Source: Oligoflexales bacterium (GTDB lineage Bacteria > Bdellovibrionota_B > Oligoflexia > Oligoflexales > Bog-1112). Taken from it: a DNA stretch of 19,392 nt. The notes under the pieces were generated by a model. It saw nothing but the letters and a program-made list of their open reading frames with translations. It searched no databases and was not told the DNA's origin. This document shows, in pieces, positions 18,277 through 19,392 of the stretch (position 1 is its first letter; each line of letters starts with the position of its first letter). The translations under genes and the position numbers were made by a program. The stretch spans positions 1-19,392 of the forward strand of contig JBGCDR010000304.1 in NCBI GenBank assembly GCA_045105515.1, in the 5' to 3' direction.

Positions 18277-19266
18277 TTGCCCTATCAGGGGTGGATCCAG
18301 TTGTCTAAAATCGGATATAAAAATCTATTTTCGATCCATTTAGCTTTCATTTTGATTTCTACCTTCTTCGATTATGCTTTGCTTCATGGTAGTCCCAATG
18401 CAGGAGATGGCTTGCCATCTCTTGGTGTTCTCGCATCGAGTTTTAATCGCATAGACCTGCATGAGATGGCAGCTGAATTAGGGATTTTTAGTTTCAATTT
18501 TAACGAGAAATCAGTGATTGATGAAGAAGCAAGGCTTATTCGTAATATTTGGACTGTAAGAGATCAAAAATGGCTTAAATTAGATTCGGCACCTCTTCCT
18601 AAGGTATATTATGATTTCGGATTTTATTCTCGGAAAGGTAAGGCCTTAAGGCAACAAGGACGAAAACTGCGAGATATAATTATTTCTTTAGGTTCGGTTC
18701 CTATTAATTCACCAATCGCTATGAAACCAGTAAGAGATAAGATTAAGTTTTCCTCTATAATGGAAGAAAACCGCATCAGGCATCCGCATACTCAAGAATA
18801 TTCGGAAGAAAGCTTGCTTGATTTTACAGATAATCACAAGAACGTGTTTTTAAAACCGGTTCATGGTAGCAAGGGAAATGGTATTGTTGAAATAAAAAAG
18901 TATCTTGATATCTATTTGCTTATTTACCAAGTTAAAAGTGGCGATTCTTGGATAAAAAAGTGGATTCAATCTACAAAAAGTCGCCTAGTGGATAGTGTTA
19001 ATTTTGCAGTAGAAGAGCTTGAACAAAAGTCGAAAGCATATCTGATGCAAGAGGGGATTAGGGTCTTACATTTCGATGATCAAAGAACTGATTTTCGCGT
19101 TAGTACCCATCGCAACGGTCTTGGGGAAGTTGAGGTGGTTTCTGCTTTGGTAAGGGTAGGTGGAAACATCTCACAGAATGGTAAAATAGCTTCTGATAAA
19201 GAAGTTTTGCAATATTTTGAACAAGAATATGGTTATTCCTGCGAAAATCTCAAGGCGGATTGCTAG
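18277..19266 (+). pseudogene. YheC/YheD-like ATP-grasp protein truncated by IS insertion at 19253/19254 (true start possibly TTG 18301)
   Basis: APLPKVYYD, DKIKF, LKPVHGSKGNGI, YLMQEG, DQRTDFR and VGGNI align with 12036-13241. The ELGID...EANTKPG region is missing, and the final ADC* is encoded by the IS end. A GGGGTGGA RBS-like sequence precedes 18301. Confidence 0.85.
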
Positions 19267-19392
19267 ATTAAGTGCAGAAGAAAAAATTCCATCGCTTCGG
19301 AAGGCGGATTTAGTTTAGTCTATGAGGCTAATCTGCTTGCAAGAAAGGGGTATTTATGTCTGCCAATCTGACTTATGAGCAAAGGTATGAGA
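19254..19392 (+). mobile_element. Left end (IRL + transposase 5' end) of second IS30-family copy, reading outward off the window end
   Basis: Inverted near-identical copy of 1-139. RBS GAAAGGGG and ATG at 19356. Confidence 0.8.
19356..19392 (+). CDS. Partial IS30-like transposase N-terminus (MSANLTYEQRYE...)
   Basis: Same peptide as the left copy. The single difference is synonymous (Leu CTG vs CTC). Confidence 0.65.
   Translation, partial: MSANLTYEQRYE

Noticed and set aside
1..19392. CRISPR array, tRNA or rRNA
   Set aside because: No regularly spaced direct repeats or recognisable structural RNA sequences were seen.

Overview
AT-rich bacterial segment whose first and last 139 bp are inverted copies of each other (1 mismatch). 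Each copy looks like the left end of an IS30-family element, with the transposase start reading outward, and each cuts a host gene: a lipoprotein Ser/Thr kinase on the left and a YheC/D-type ATP-grasp on the right. The left half encodes an ABC1/UbiB kinase + CPBP protease pair, a membrane-anchored metallophosphoesterase, a divergent Nudix protein and an alpha/beta-hydrolase with a ricin-like tail. The right half (10382-19266) is the most striking part: two divergent operons with five ATP-grasp enzymes (three PGM1/IQCH-like paralogs and two YheC/YheD-like paralogs) and a CapA/PgsA-family protein, with no CapB/CapC. Nearly every protein, including the ATP-dependent ones, starts with a Sec-type signal-peptide-like sequence. 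This suggests an exported amide-ligase (peptide/polyamide synthesis or protein-modification) system working outside the producer's cytoplasm. All family calls come from motif recognition by eye; no searches were run.
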